DNA of 53,549 nucleotides, the filler included, from Sphacelaria rigidula (lineage: Eukaryota): the NCBI GenBank assembly GCA_964200075.2. It is 4 parts of 4 records of this genome, joined end to end, with 100 filler letters (N's around TTAATTAATTAA, not from the genome) between each part and the next. Parts side by side here need not be neighbours in the genome. Positions count along the whole stretch, not along the records: positions 1 to 13,313 come from CAXNAA020002972.1; positions 13,414 to 26,726 come from CAXNAA020002973.1; 2 more parts are not named here. One strand, given 5' to 3'. A program made the position numbers and the translations under genes. Within the stretch, counting starts at the first letter, position 1. Each line of letters starts with the position of its first letter. The notes below the pieces were generated by a model, which was not told where the DNA came from, ran no database searches, and saw nothing but the letters and a program-made list of their open reading frames with translations. Below, in pieces: positions 11,320 through 23,306 of the stretch.

Positions 11320-11750
11320 CTCGATGGGGTATGAAATTCCGTGAAGAACTTGCAGAGCTGTTGGGTACCGATATGGAAATCTTACCGAACTTGAAGAATC
11401 CGTCGGGTAGAGACGTAATGTTGTACAGAAAGCCGTATCCGCACCAAAGTTTTTCCTCACCCTAACCCCGAGTCAGGGTAAACATTTTGTACAGATTGTA
11501 CAGAACTGTCGGGTACCGGTATGGGAGGCTAACAGAATTCCCAGGGGTGTCGGGTACGGGTATGGATGACGTACAGCAAATCGCACCCTCGCTTGGGTAT
11601 TTTCCCAACGATATACGTGTACCCCGGGTACGGGTATTGAGGACTTACAGAACTTGCAGAACTGTCGGGTTTGGGTATTACTCGGAAAACTCCCCCGGTT
11701 TTACAAAAACTCGTACCTTACAGAACGTATCCGTGGAAAGTTTTGCCTGT
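11320..11750 (+). repeat. Degenerate internally repetitive element
   Basis: Recurring cagaactgtcgggtaccggtatgg-like motifs at about 11350, 11400, 11500, 11545 and 11655. Confidence 0.55.
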
Positions 11751-12718
11751 ACTTGGTGGTTTTCAGAAAGCTAAAATCCTGTATTTCTGCTCTTGCGACA
11801 GGGTCAAGGCGTCTCATGGTCGTACATCGTCGAGCTCTTTCCACAACGCGAACTCGCCCAGTGGTGCGTACCCCCAAACCACGGCTTGTGTTTGTGTTTC
11901 GACCTCTGAACGCCGTCCGACTCTTCAACATCGTTGCCGAGGTTCACCTGGCGCTGTTCGCGTACCGAGGTCCCTGAACCGTTTCCACAACCTAACCACA
12001 CAAGGGAACCGAAGTAAAAGGTATCACTTGCGCAGTATGCTGTGCAATGTTAGTGTTGGCCGCAACTGATTATATGAGAACGCCTACTGTTGTGTTTTAG
12101 CGGGAAATACTACAGGTAGCGGGGTGGCAAGACCAAACTGGTGATGACTCTACTGACGATGCAGACAGCAGCACCATATGGTGCACTACTGGCGTTTCCG
12201 AGCGTGCACCACAGCATGTTGTACGGCAATCTACTGTGCCGTACACGCTGTATATGTGTAGATACGCTGTATACTGTACAAGCTATTGATAGTGCCATCG
12301 ACGACGCCACTAGAGATGCTTTTTTACCCCCCTGGTTGTTTCGCCTCTATGGGTTACCGTCGATCGTGAGGTTTCTGCGTGGGGGGGTTGTCTATCGAGG
12401 GCAAACTCGGGGGCCGAACAGCGCCGGGTCAACCTCGACATGGGGAGTCAAAAGAGGCGTACGGTGTTTTGATATCGGCAACATCATGTCGCCCACGGAG
12501 GGCACTTTCAGGCTAATTCACCTTGTGCGGAGGGTTTGAAAAGTTGATTTGGAGAGCGAAAATGTGATTATTTAGCTTGGTAAATCCCGCCAGAAACACG
12601 TAGTGCTAGCGGAGAACAAACAGGAAGGATAAGGCTTGTTGCTGACGGCAGCTCCACCAGTGTTTCAACCAAGGATCGGGAGCAGTTTAATCTCGGCGTT
12701 TTGTCTTGTGTTTCACAG

Positions 12719-13093
12719 TATACTTTCATCCCACCAAACAAGAGTAGAAGCACATCAAGGTATGTTGGTGCTAAAACAGGGAACGTCGGTTCCTAAAACA
12801 CGCACACACACCTGGTGGCAGGGTTGCTAAGCAAGAGAGAAGAGATGAGACTACGAACACCCCGGGGTTATTGGTGCAGAGAAAATAGGATGTCGTCTGT
12901 TCAAGTTTTCGGTGAGGGCATGAAAACACAACCCGACGCAAAAAACTTTTTTAACCGGCGGCAGGTTTACGAGAAGAACATCCACGATACTATGAAGTCG
13001 CTCCCGCAGCAGAGGGACCGCAGAAAAAAAGACTACGAAAGAGTCCTCACACTGTTCGACACCGGGGAGCACGCGAGGGATCGACGAAACAAG
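12719..13093 (+). CDS. Two putative exons (12719-12759 and 12822-13093) of an unidentified gene
   Basis: Pyrimidine tract plus cag, then a 41-bp exon, gtatgt donor, 62-bp intron, cag, 272-bp exon and gtgtgt donor. Phases join to give ILSSHQTRVEAHQG|LLSKREEMRLRTPRGYW...DYERVLTLFDTGEHARDRRNK. Confidence 0.5.
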
Positions 13094-13313
13094 GTGTGTG
13101 GTGTATGACTTTACTCCCGGGAACATGGCGATTTTACGTTAGGCATGGGCTGAGGTGCTGGGACGTGTGCAGTGCTGCGCCCCAAACCGAGAAGCGTGTT
13201 GCCTTATTTTGTCCCTAAAGCCATCGGATATACCCTACTTTATATAGCCCCCCCGCCCCATTCCGCGCCCCGCGTCCTCTGCTAGGCCGCCGCCCCGAGT
13301 CGGCTCGCTCTCG

Positions 13314-13413
13314 NNNNNNNNNNNNNNNNNNNNNNNNNNNNNNNNNNNNNNNNNNNNTTAATTAATTAANNNNNNNNNNNNNNNNNNNNNNNNNNNNNNN
13401 NNNNNNNNNNNNN
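13314..13413. other. Artificial contig linker
   Basis: 100 bp: N44-TTAATTAATTAA-N44, giving stops in all six frames. Confidence 0.98.
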
Positions 13414-13795
13414 GGTTTGTAGGGTAACGCCCTCATAATTGATAAAGATTTGGCTTGGGGAATCATTTGTTCCCCCCCCCCCCCCCTCTCTCCCCTCCCC
13501 TCCCCTCTCCTCAAAGCAGCGCCCGAGTAACCGACGTTACAATATCTAGCGATCCAAGCTCTGATTAACGGGTTTCGACGAGATTTGCCGACCGTTTTCA
13601 GGAGGGCGACTTGGCGAGGAGAGCCCGTCGGAACAGAATGAAAACGTTCGGAAGGTGGTGGTTAGAGTACGGTACGATGCGTCCATGCCTACGGCCTCCG
13701 GATCCCTTTTTTTGAATAACTGACTACTCCAGCAGGTACCTCGCGATAACTGACTACTTCATCGGAAGGTGGTTGTTAGACAACCATGAACATAC

Positions 13796-13971
13796 CGCGA
13801 CGAGATCTCCTGTCTGACCGCCGATCCACCACTCGGAACCGTCAGGACTCATTTCCATAGCCATGGTGTCATACGGGAGGTCACCCGACGCAGCGTAGGG
13901 CTCATCTTTTCCAAGGTACTGGTCATCGTCGAAGTACGGGATCAACAACCCAGGTGGGGTCGGAGGTGGTG
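13796..13971 (-). CDS. HHIP/HIPL1-like protein, exon 3 (start of the glucose/sorbosone dehydrogenase-type propeller)
   Basis: tttctgcag acceptor; phase 1 matches exon 2. Encodes APPPTPPGLLIPYF...LPYDTMAMEMSPDGSEWWIGGQTGDLVA, then gtatgt donor. Remaining exons lie beyond the contig end. Confidence 0.8.
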
Positions 13972-15327
13972 CTGCAGAAATAAGATTGAAAATAATATAT
14001 AAATACATAGAGCAGAAGCAGTTAGCGGGACGGGTGGGAGCGGAAGGGTAGGGGTAGGGTAGGGTGGGGAGAGCGACTGGGATTTGTGTTGTTGCTCTTC
14101 ACTCTCGACTGACTTCACCAGAGCTGTCACAGTTACTGTGGCGCCAAAATACAGTAGGTCTCTCAACCGCAATCCAAACAGATGTGTCTGCGACGTTGGA
14201 TTATTTTTTGGCGGGGGATCTCACAGGCTGGAGAATCCCGACGGAGAAGTCTGTTAACCCATCATTATCGACACTGACTGTCTTTCACGGATATCTCAGC
14301 ATTTCCCAGACTTTTCGGACTCGGCTTGATGTTCTCTCCGAAGCTTTGTTCATGGAGAAATCCACAAATTCGAACTGGGACGCAGCACTTCGGCTAGCTA
14401 CGCCGTGGTGGTCGCCAGCGTTCGAGAGTTATCTGGTACCCTGCCAGTCTCGATAAATATGGAGAAAACTGTGTCGATAATGTTGGGTCTTATTCTGGCC
14501 GTTTCCGCCGCCCGACAGCGTGATAAGGATAGTCGGTAAAAGATGGACCCGCAGATGGAAGTCGGCGGCGGGCTGCGCGAGTGATTGTATCCAATACTTG
14601 AAAGTAGAGGGCAAGGGCGAACAGCACCGGGGGGGGGAGATGGATTGCTCTCTTTCAAGAGACTATGGACTCTTTCTGAGAAAGTGGGGGAAGGGGTTGG
14701 TGACACGACGAAAAGGGACACCCGGTGTGTTGGCAGGCGATTAGTGAGTAGTGCTCTCATGAGGTAGACTTGCAGATAAATATGGACAGTGTGGCTATGC
14801 TGATCGGAGCCGAGTGATCCAGCTGCCTAAACCCCTCGACGACAGTCAACCCTTGCTCAAAGGGCACGAGGAAAATAATCGGCCGACATTAGACACGGCT
14901 GCTACCGTTCACCGGAAGTCTCACGACCTCCACAGATTTATATGCCGTTGACGTGTAAGTCTTGTCAGCTCTTACTCTAGGTCTACTGCACATGCTATAT
15001 GACCTAGAGTACTTGTCTACAGTATCCCACTGTCATCAAGTCACGGTGGCACGTCTTTTACCTCAATATCCGATGAAAATATGTTTAGTAAAATTAAGAT
15101 CCCGTTGGAATGTACAGTATGGACCTTTGGAATCCAAAATATTTACGACTACGGTTGGTTGCATGCAAAGGGTACTCCACAGCCTGCACTCGCACGCGAA
15201 GATCCAGACCACATACTAGCTTTGAAGATCAGTATCGACATACAGATACGATCGGGATTGGAATCAGACATTCTGCGAGTCGGAATCACCAGCTGGAAAG
15301 ACGATATTTGCCGACTCCCATCTATAC

Positions 15328-15366
15328 CGAGTATCGAGTATCGAGTATCGAGTATCGAGTATCGAT
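15328..15366 (+). repeat. (CGAGTAT)n 7-bp microsatellite, about 5 copies
   Basis: Read directly from the sequence. Confidence 0.9.
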
Positions 15367-16355
15367 TATGTTTGATATTTGATGCCCTTTTCAAAAAGCG
15401 TGTGTGTGGGGAGAGTGGCCGTTTCGCCCATCCCGAGCCCGCTCCACTTCGCAGTCAACCCGCACGCATGTACCACTATTGTGAAGTCGACGAATCAGCT
15501 GCCCACGAGAATTTCATGAACGGATACTGCTGTCTTGATGTCCGACGCTGAATTGCACTCCTGACAACTATACTGCAGTCGTAGTCTACCGGTGTTCCCG
15601 GTGTAATCGCTCGGTTGCATTTTGTACTTTGACGAACACAAAAACAGGTGGATCTCGGATCGACAGCGAGTGTCGATACGGATCGTCGTATTTTTGGACC
15701 ACGTTTCGAGTTAGAACGTGTAGAAAAATCAGACAGAACTTCCCAACTATTTTCTTCTTGACTAGTCCCGAGGGTTCCGGCAAAACTGTGATCTACGCCG
15801 TAGCAAGGGGACGTCGTATCTCCTCAATCCCTTGGGCGTCATATACTGCAGCGAACCCTGCTTGGGTCGCCGCAAAAAACATGGAAGCGGTCTATCTTTC
15901 TTCAATAAGATGATGAGCAAGGTATCAGGAAGCCACAAGATACAAGATGTGTGGCCACCAGGGGTGGGCGCGGTGGTCGCAAATGGACAAGAGCAATGCA
16001 GCTGAGATGGTATCGACGTGGCCCGCTTTGGAGCTGAGCGGGCGATGTTGTTTCGAAACTACTTTTGGCGCCCAAGGGGGGCTATAAACATCCGCGGCTA
16101 CAAAGAAGCGTCCTACTTCGACGGAGGCCCCATGTGCCACTTTGAATACACGGCATGCCAATCAAGCAATGAATTGTCACTGATGCATGACTGGTAAGGT
16201 CTTCCGAGTGATCCTGGAGCAAAGATCCCGAACGTATTCGCAGCAGAAGAGTCGAAACCACCGACCATATCAATCATGTCCTCACGTATAGACAAGTATG
16301 TTTTCTCCAGTGAGTGTCCTCTGTTCTTGCTTCGTTCGTTACGAACGCATCTCAC

Positions 16356-16581
16356 CCTCATAAGGATAGCTCCAGAACAAATCGTCGCCACCGCCCGTGT
16401 GTTGCTGGCAGTAGGATGTGCTGCCACCATCGTAGGTGGGGAAGGTGATGTCGCCACTGCACGCGGAAACCAAGGAGCTACAAAAGTCGCCCTTCATAGT
16501 CAGGCCGTCGGGGTACGGTAGCGTCTCTCCGAACAATTCGTACAGATGTGCGCTGTAGGAATCGCATCGGGCGCACAAAAC
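16356..16581 (-). CDS. HHIP/HIPL1-like protein, exon 2 (folate-receptor-like Cys-rich domain)
   Basis: cag acceptor and gtgaga donor; 226 bp, phase 0 to 1. VLCARCDSYSAHLYE...KGDFCSSLVSAC matches HHIP/HIPL1 C..C.P...HLF...C..FC......C. Confidence 0.88.
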
Positions 16582-17954
16582 CTGCGGTTTCAAAAGGAAC
16601 AATGGTCATGTCAAAAAACCACACACATGCACACACACAAGAACAGTGAGGGACGTGGTATCGGACAAAGGAAAAACTTACCGGGTGCTGTTCGAGGTAC
16701 TCGGTACGAGATAATGATGCATGGGGAGAATCCATGCACCTGGTTCTACGAACACAATTACTACAAACAGGTGCCTTGCAATTCCGATTACATGACCACA
16801 GACGATAATGACCGAATAGAAAATACACCTTCATTTTATCGAAAAGGGGGAAGTGTGGGACGTGTGGAGGACCAAGTCAACAAGTTGGTGGTGCCGTTAC
16901 AAGCGAACATCGTGAATTGCATCTCTGTTCTCTGTTTCTCTCGTCTTGTTTCTGACTGAACACTTTTCATGAAGACAAATCTTCAGCACGACTGCCGTTT
17001 CCCTTGGGAGTAGGCCTGGTCTTACCATCCATTATCTGAGTTATAACGGATAGTAGTGACAAATTATATTTCGGGTGTTTGGAACAGAAATAAGGGTTGT
17101 CACACTGTCCCTCTAGAGGGTACAATGATAGAGTCATGTGGTTCATATCGCTATGGCCGGTCATCTTGGCCCCTGAGTTTGGCTCCCTTCTTATTTGGCT
17201 TCGCGTGTTGAGTGAACCAATAGGTCCTGCCTCAAGTAGCCCGAATGGTCGCATTCGGCATCGGATCTCAAGAGGCTGGTAGTATTCCCCCCTCCCGTTA
17301 TTTTTTATTAGTATTATCTCATTCGTTTGCTTTTTTTTCGTATATCGCGTGGGTGTGAATTTTTCTGGGTCCTAGTCTAATAATATTCATTTTTACCCTG
17401 TTCCAGGGTAGTGAGCCTGTGACTACGGAAGGCGTCCGCATCAGATACCCAGTACAGAGTAGTGCGCTGATATCGAAACGTTTTGAATGTGAAGACAACA
17501 ATAAAAACAAAAACGCTTCCACTGTGACAAAGCATTGTACCTCAGCCTCTACCGGGGATGAAAGCCGAAGGAGCACACGACTACGACAAAATAAAACAGC
17601 ACTTCCTTTGTCTAAGGTTGGTTTGCTGGAAAAATAGAGAAGTGACTGTTGTGCCTCCTCTTGTGAAGAATTTTGCACGTCCGTTCGCACCTGAAACGTT
17701 TCGTCCACACGTGCATCCCCCCCGAGCGATGCAACGGTAGGGGTGCACGTCCCAGTCCAAACGTTTCTGAGGCTGCACACAAATGCCCAGATATTGATCA
17801 TCGATAGGTTCCTACAACAAAGAGCCCCAGAAACAAAGTGCACCCCTACCGTGGCATCGCTCCATCATGGAAGATGACAAAAATGTCCATAATTCATCAC
17901 GCTAGAAAGAAACCTTGCCGAGTCAAGGCTTGGCTGTGGCAACGCTTTCGGAAA

Positions 17955-18392
17955 TGTGTGTTGTGTGTGCTGATGTCCTATCTATTTTGGACGCCGGTCT
18001 ACACCCTTCGGTACATGTGGATGCACCAGGCAGAGTCACTCAGACATGAGGAAGGTCAATCACAAGATTTTTTCCCTTCTTGTGTTTGGGTCTCCACCTT
18101 CCTTCTGCGGTGCTACCCTCTGTTTTTTATCGCGGAGGGGTCCAACTGTCCCTTTCCCTCGTCGACCATTGATCGTTCGACTGCAAGGGTAGGTCACCTG
18201 CTGAATGGGCATCAAGTACACTTGAACAAGTGTGCACCATCCAGATGGGCTACCTGCATCGCCGTCCAAGGGTTAAGTCGCATTTTGTCTACCCACGACA
18301 TAGTAGCCGCTGTCCACTGTCGCTACAAGATTCAAACACACGAACCAACCGCCAGAAGGTTTCAAGGTTATCAACTGAGCCACCAAGGAGAC
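17955..18392 (-). mobile_element. tRNA-derived SINE, copy 1 (interrupted by a MITE)
   Basis: On the minus strand: A box TGGCTCAGTTG, B box GTTTGAATC and a CA-rich tail. Homologous along its length to 28315-28646. Confidence 0.8.
18173..18272 (-). mobile_element. About 100-bp piggyBac-like MITE, copy 3, inserted in the SINE
   Basis: Flanked by TTGA (18169-18172) and TTAA (18273-18276). SINE copy 2 has a single TTAA at the equivalent site (28525-28528). Confidence 0.85.
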
Positions 18393-19838
18393 CGGTACCG
18401 TGTTGGAAACGCAGGACATGAAATGTCGAAATTAAAAAGAACATAAATGATGGATGTTATTTCAATCGGAGCGGGTTTCCTTTTCCGCTGTTTTGTCCGC
18501 TGCCCGCAAAAAAAAACACACTTTGACCGCCACAACAGACAGTACAGGGGGTTCCTGGGTCTTGCATCCAATTTTCATCCCTGTCACCGCGCCAGGGTGT
18601 GTTATCTGTTATCTGTTGAGTCGGCGTCATATCCTGCCCACGGTAAGAATGACATAATTCTTGAGATACCCTTCAGCCAACACACAGAACCAGCCACGAT
18701 AGCAAGCTTGGAAGAGAGACAGCAAAACCGGCACAACAAGTATATGATGAACCCCACCCGACCTGGAACGATTGGGTCAGCCCCCTCAAACTATTATCCA
18801 GCGGAGTATACAGAGGCCATGAGCTATTTATTTGCCGAACTCAAAACTCTACTGACGAACCTCGGCTCAGGGGCAAACTTCCAAGTAGTATGCCCGCGTG
18901 ACTAGATGTAAACCCGTCACGACACATCCGGCGCGGTACTCCATCGTTATCATGGCGGGATAGATATCGGTCTTTACGACAGAAGATAGAAGCGAGTAGC
19001 GCCGCTTTGAAGTGCAGAAAATACAAATTCAGGTTTGTTTTCCACACTGAACCCGAGCACGACCTTGCCCGTCGTTTGCGACGTAAGGGCGACTTCAGGC
19101 CCACATTTCATGATTGATGCTGTCTGTTATTTGCGTAACAGGATGAAACATCCCATCTCACACAGTATATGTCGTGAATACCACTCCGGGGGTGATTGGC
19201 TCTTTTTACGCCGAGAATTCGTGAGGTACAGCAGAGCAGTACCATCAAAGACACAAACAAAGTGGACATGAGACCTCTGAACCAGTGATGGGCGCTCACT
19301 GGTTCACACGTCAAGCACCCGCTTCAGGAACATGCGTTGGGTAACTCGAGGAGTGGTACCATTCCAATGTAGCCCTTTCTCGGGGGACTTATGCTCGTGC
19401 ATAGATTTGTGCGGCGATTCACCCTTCGAGTTTCATGACGAAACATGACTTGACATGGATGAAATGCTTTAGCTCTTATCCATTTGATACTTGAAAAAAG
19501 AGTCACTTCTGTCCATGTGGATAATGTTCGCTGTACAGACGGATGGGCACGAGGTAGCTTGTATATGTGTCAACGAAGGTATTTTGTTCGAGGCCGCCAC
19601 ATATAGTACACATGCACTACGAGGACCTGTCCATGTGTCATACCGCACACCACTGTATTGTTGTGGACTCCAGCGGCTCAATTCCCGAAATATATGCCAT
19701 GAAAATGGAATCAACACCGCAGCGTGTCGCACCACACATGAAATCTCCAAAATTTCACACATGATCCATGCATGTGCGTCCACCACCCTACAACGAACTC
19801 TGCTCTCCGGTACCATCTTACGCTCTCTCTCCTCTCAC

Positions 19839-20093
19839 CTCCTTATACAGCGGCGCACAGGCAGGACTAAGGGACAGCAGGTTGTACTCCGTCTCAATAG
19901 CCGCTTCCTCGACAGAGTTGCAGCAAACTCCATCCTGCTGCGGCCCGCAAAACGGGTTTGTTGTCTCAAAGTCAGGAGGCCGCAAGTCAAAATAGCACAG
20001 CGGGTGTGCCTGAACGGTAGTCGACCAGAGCCTGAGAGCCGCACACGTGAGCGCGCCAAGAGTATAAGCACCAACGGTTCTAGCCATGACCAT
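19839..20093 (-). CDS. HHIP/HIPL1-like secreted protein, exon 1
   Basis: ATG at 20093 (or 20087), signal-peptide-like stretch ending VQA|HPLC, then FCGPQQDGVCCNSVEE...SPACAPLYKE and gtgaga donor, phase 0. HPxC...FC...CC is typical of HHIP-like N-termini. Confidence 0.88.
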
Positions 20094-20958
20094 TGTTCCT
20101 CAAGACGGCACTCTACCAGTGTGCCGATAATTGAAATGGTACACGCACGGTGAGGTGCACCCGTGTGAGCAAAATGTTGATAGTAGTGTACGCCTGTCTG
20201 TCAACAGACCCTTGGTTGTGGCCCGTGGGTGAAACAATGTGTGTCGCCACCCAGTGTTGCTGCTGTTCTTACGCCGACCTAACCTACACCACGCCACGTT
20301 CGATAACTGGGACGAGCGGGGCGGGAGGTGTGACTGTGATGAGGTTGTGTCCGGTGACCAAAGCGGGCGGTCACTGAATTGAAACACGTGATGCACGGTG
20401 GATGAACGAAGAGCCAGAAAAACGGTATGATCTGATACGAGATTCAATCACCCGAACACAAAAAAATCTGGTTTGGTGGTCGTTCCCAAGTTGAGGACAT
20501 ATAGCCCTAGGAACTTTCGGATAAATCTCTCGTCGGCATATTTTTTGTTCGTGATCGCGTCCCAACCACTCTGCCAACGTACACTTTGCGGAGGCTGTAG
20601 GGAACCCTATTGGCCCACCTTGCCCGAGGTCTCTCGATGTGTGTAGAGTTGGGGCGCCTTGTAGACTCCGTGACGTAAATAATTGAAGTGATCGGAGCGT
20701 ACCGTGGCTCAGAAGTTTGTTGCCATCCCCTCATCTCCCGTCTCGTTCGGCATCACTGAAGAGCGAACAGAAAACACTGTTACATGTTATGGCTTGTGCA
20801 CACAGGAAGAACCAGGAATGGCAAACAATGGTGGCGTCCAGATTATGAAGTAGATAGGATCTCCGCAACATTGTGCATACAGCGACAGCGGGACAACATT
20901 CATTGGTCCGCTGGATCATGTTCAAATGAAATTCCAGTACAATACTACTTTCGTCGAT

Positions 20959-21039
20959 AGAGGTATGTCTCAAGCTCGAAGTTCCCGGTATATTTGGCTA
21001 TGCAAAAAACCTCGGAAACCCCGAGTTTGAGATACCTCT
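20959..21039. repeat. About 80-bp hairpin element, copy 1
   Basis: agaggtatgtctcaagctcg...cgagtttgagatacctct; similar to 21343-21421. Confidence 0.7.
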
Positions 21040-21216
21040 GATGATGTTGCTGCATATCTAGAGCAGACTTTCCTGCGCCCCGGTTGCAGCATGATACTTG
21101 AAGTTCTCACTGAATCACAGTGTGCTGCTAAACTTACGCTTCTCAGATCCGATGGGCTTGAGGAGGTGGGCAACGTACCGACTATCTATGTCTCGACGGG
21201 GGTTGCGGGAATTTGA

Positions 21217-21317
21217 CCCTTAGACCGCGAGGTTAGTTTTTCTGGATCATGCATACTTTTTTTTTTCACTCGAAATTGATGCCGATTCAACAGAAGACTA
21301 ACCTCGCGGTCGAAGGG
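21217..21317 (+). mobile_element. About 100-bp piggyBac-like MITE, copy 4
   Basis: TTGA-CCCTTAGACCGCGAGGTTAGT...ACTAACCTCGCGGTCGAAGGG-TTAA. Confidence 0.9.
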
Positions 21318-21342
21318 TTAAGTAAGACATGCTCAGTACTAA

Positions 21343-21421
21343 AGGTATCACAAACTCGGGGTTCCCGGTATACTTCACAGAAATTTACAAATATAGCGGG
21401 AACCCCGAGCTTGAAATACCT
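21343..21421. repeat. About 80-bp hairpin element, copy 2
   Basis: aggtatcacaaactcggggttccc...gggaaccccgagcttgaaatacct. Confidence 0.7.
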
Positions 21422-21745
21422 CTGAGGGATGCTTCGGCAGGGATGAGAAAATAATTTCTGAGGTTAGAATTTTTAGGAGCGCTTCATCTATTCCAAAACA
21501 CGACTTATGAAATATGTGAGAGTAGTCCAGGATTACTATTCCAATATGCTAGGGATATCCCGAATGAATTTGCAACAACGGGGATGCCTTGACCCATATT
21601 GTCGTGCATCTAGAACCGTTAGGAGCCCCTGAACCAGACAAGATTTCGCGCAGAAAGTGCACCTTCACTACCGTAGCATTGCTCCTCTCTACTTACCACA
21701 CACTCACTGGTTTTCGGGATCATTTTTCAACCATAATCGCCCCAT

Positions 21746-21992
21746 ATCTCAAAAGGGATCCGGCTCAGCCCTGGAATAGCGAAGACGAGGTCCATTTGCA
21801 GTCATGAGGAGGCTCGCCAATACGACATCTTCAACACATACTTACCGCACTTGCAAGTGACCTTTTTCGGAATCGATCCTGAATCATAGTCACCCCGTCA
21901 TCTCAACAAGGATCCGGGTTAGCTCTGAAGTGCCGAAGATGAGGTCCGCTGGCAGTCACGAAAGAGCGCGCCAATACATGATCTTCAACACA
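21746..21992 (+). repeat. Diverged tandem duplication (about 154-bp period)
   Basis: atctcaa..ggatccgg...cgaaga.gaggtcc...gcagtca...cgccaatac...atcttcaacaca occurs twice. Confidence 0.7.
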
Positions 21993-22518
21993 CGGGGCGC
22001 GCGTGCAAAGCAGTCACACTCTCAACCATAATTGCCCCTTCCTTATTTGTCTCGTCCCGCACCCAGTGGCTGACGAGCAGATTCCCGTCGCTCACTTACG
22101 CTAGGACTACGAGCAGCGAGGCGCGGGTGCACGATGGGAAATCATAGGAGAACGGCATATTCATGCTAACGTCGGAACCCGAGTGAGGCTTTCTGTGCGC
22201 ATATGCATCAGTGCCATCTCGATCCTTATACCGCTGGGTGTGGGTCACCCTGCGCGGGTTACACTCATTTTACTCAAAAGTTGGATGCAGACGAGATCCA
22301 GATGACCCGCCCAAGCGACCGAAGGTTATAACTGTGCAACACGTCGAACGTGGCCGATTCAATAAGCTGGTCAGCTGTAATTATTTACAGGTGTCACAAA
22401 ACAACATACAACAGACACGAGGAGTAAACGTTGGTACATGTTCCAGCTACACTGTCTGTACACATCCCCAAGACTTCTTCTGTATTCGTGGTATTATTTG
22501 GAGCTGCGTTAATCTCAA

Positions 22519-22616
22519 CCCTTAGACCGCGAGATTAGTCTTTCTGGATCATGCATACTTGTTTTCACTTGAAATTGATGCCGATTCAACAGAAGACTAA
22601 CCTCGCGGTCTAAGGG
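22519..22616 (+). mobile_element. About 100-bp piggyBac-like MITE, copy 5
   Basis: TCAA-CCCTTAGACCGCGAG...CTCGCGGTCTAAGGG-TTAA; perfect 15-bp TIR. Confidence 0.92.
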
Positions 22617-22974
22617 TTAAGGCCAACTCTTACGGGAGCGTCTGAAAGTTTTATTTTGCAACAATTTCGAAGGAGTTTTTTCTTCCTTCTTCGTCATCAT
22701 GGTGAACGGGCACAAAATACACAACTACGGCAAATAAAAAAAATAAAAGTCGTTTAAAATTATTGCAAAATATAATTCTAAACGCTCCCATAAGGGGTGG
22801 CCTAACACAGAAAAAAAAACTGTCGGCGGCATATTTTACCGTGAAAGCGGTACAATAGTAGCTGTTGCTGTACTTGTTGATGATGTCATGTCGGTAAAAT
22901 GAGCAGATTTTCGCATCGGTCACCTTCGCCATTTCTATCTTGTGACTTACAGTATGTAACTGGAACCCTCGGGG

Positions 22975-23140
22975 ATGATGGTCGAGGTAGATCATATGGT
23001 GCCGGGTGGGAGAACCTCAATTCCGTGCGAACGGGATGATCATGCTATGTAGTGTTTAAATGGTGGGACACCCATGAGGTAGTAGTGTGGAACCCGTGGC
23101 TATCTCTGGAAGTGGCGATACCAGAAAATGAAGTAACTCA
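22975..23140. repeat. Dispersed repeat shared with contig 4
   Basis: Diverged reverse complement of about 40305-40468 (gtgggagaacctcaa; tctctggaagtggc.ataccaga). Confidence 0.75.
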
Positions 23141-23259
23141 TCGGAGGCTGTCATCCATATGCGAGATGATCAGTACGCCTCGGGCCGAACACTCAGCAGG
23201 GTGCAGCTCACGCTCCATGCAACTCGCCGAGGCGCTTCGCGCTTGGTGATTGATTGCGA

Positions 23260-23306
23260 GCCTGGTCCGGCGAGAACCCGGCGTGCTCCGCCCCGGCTTT
23301 GTAGGG
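23260..23306 (+). repeat. Internal copy of the GCCTGGTCCGG repeat end
   Basis: 46/47 identical to 40073-40119. Confidence 0.9.

Noticed and set aside
18320..18392. tRNA gene on the minus strand
   Set aside because: It is degenerate and attached to a body and tail repeated at 28315-28646, so it is better explained as a SINE head.
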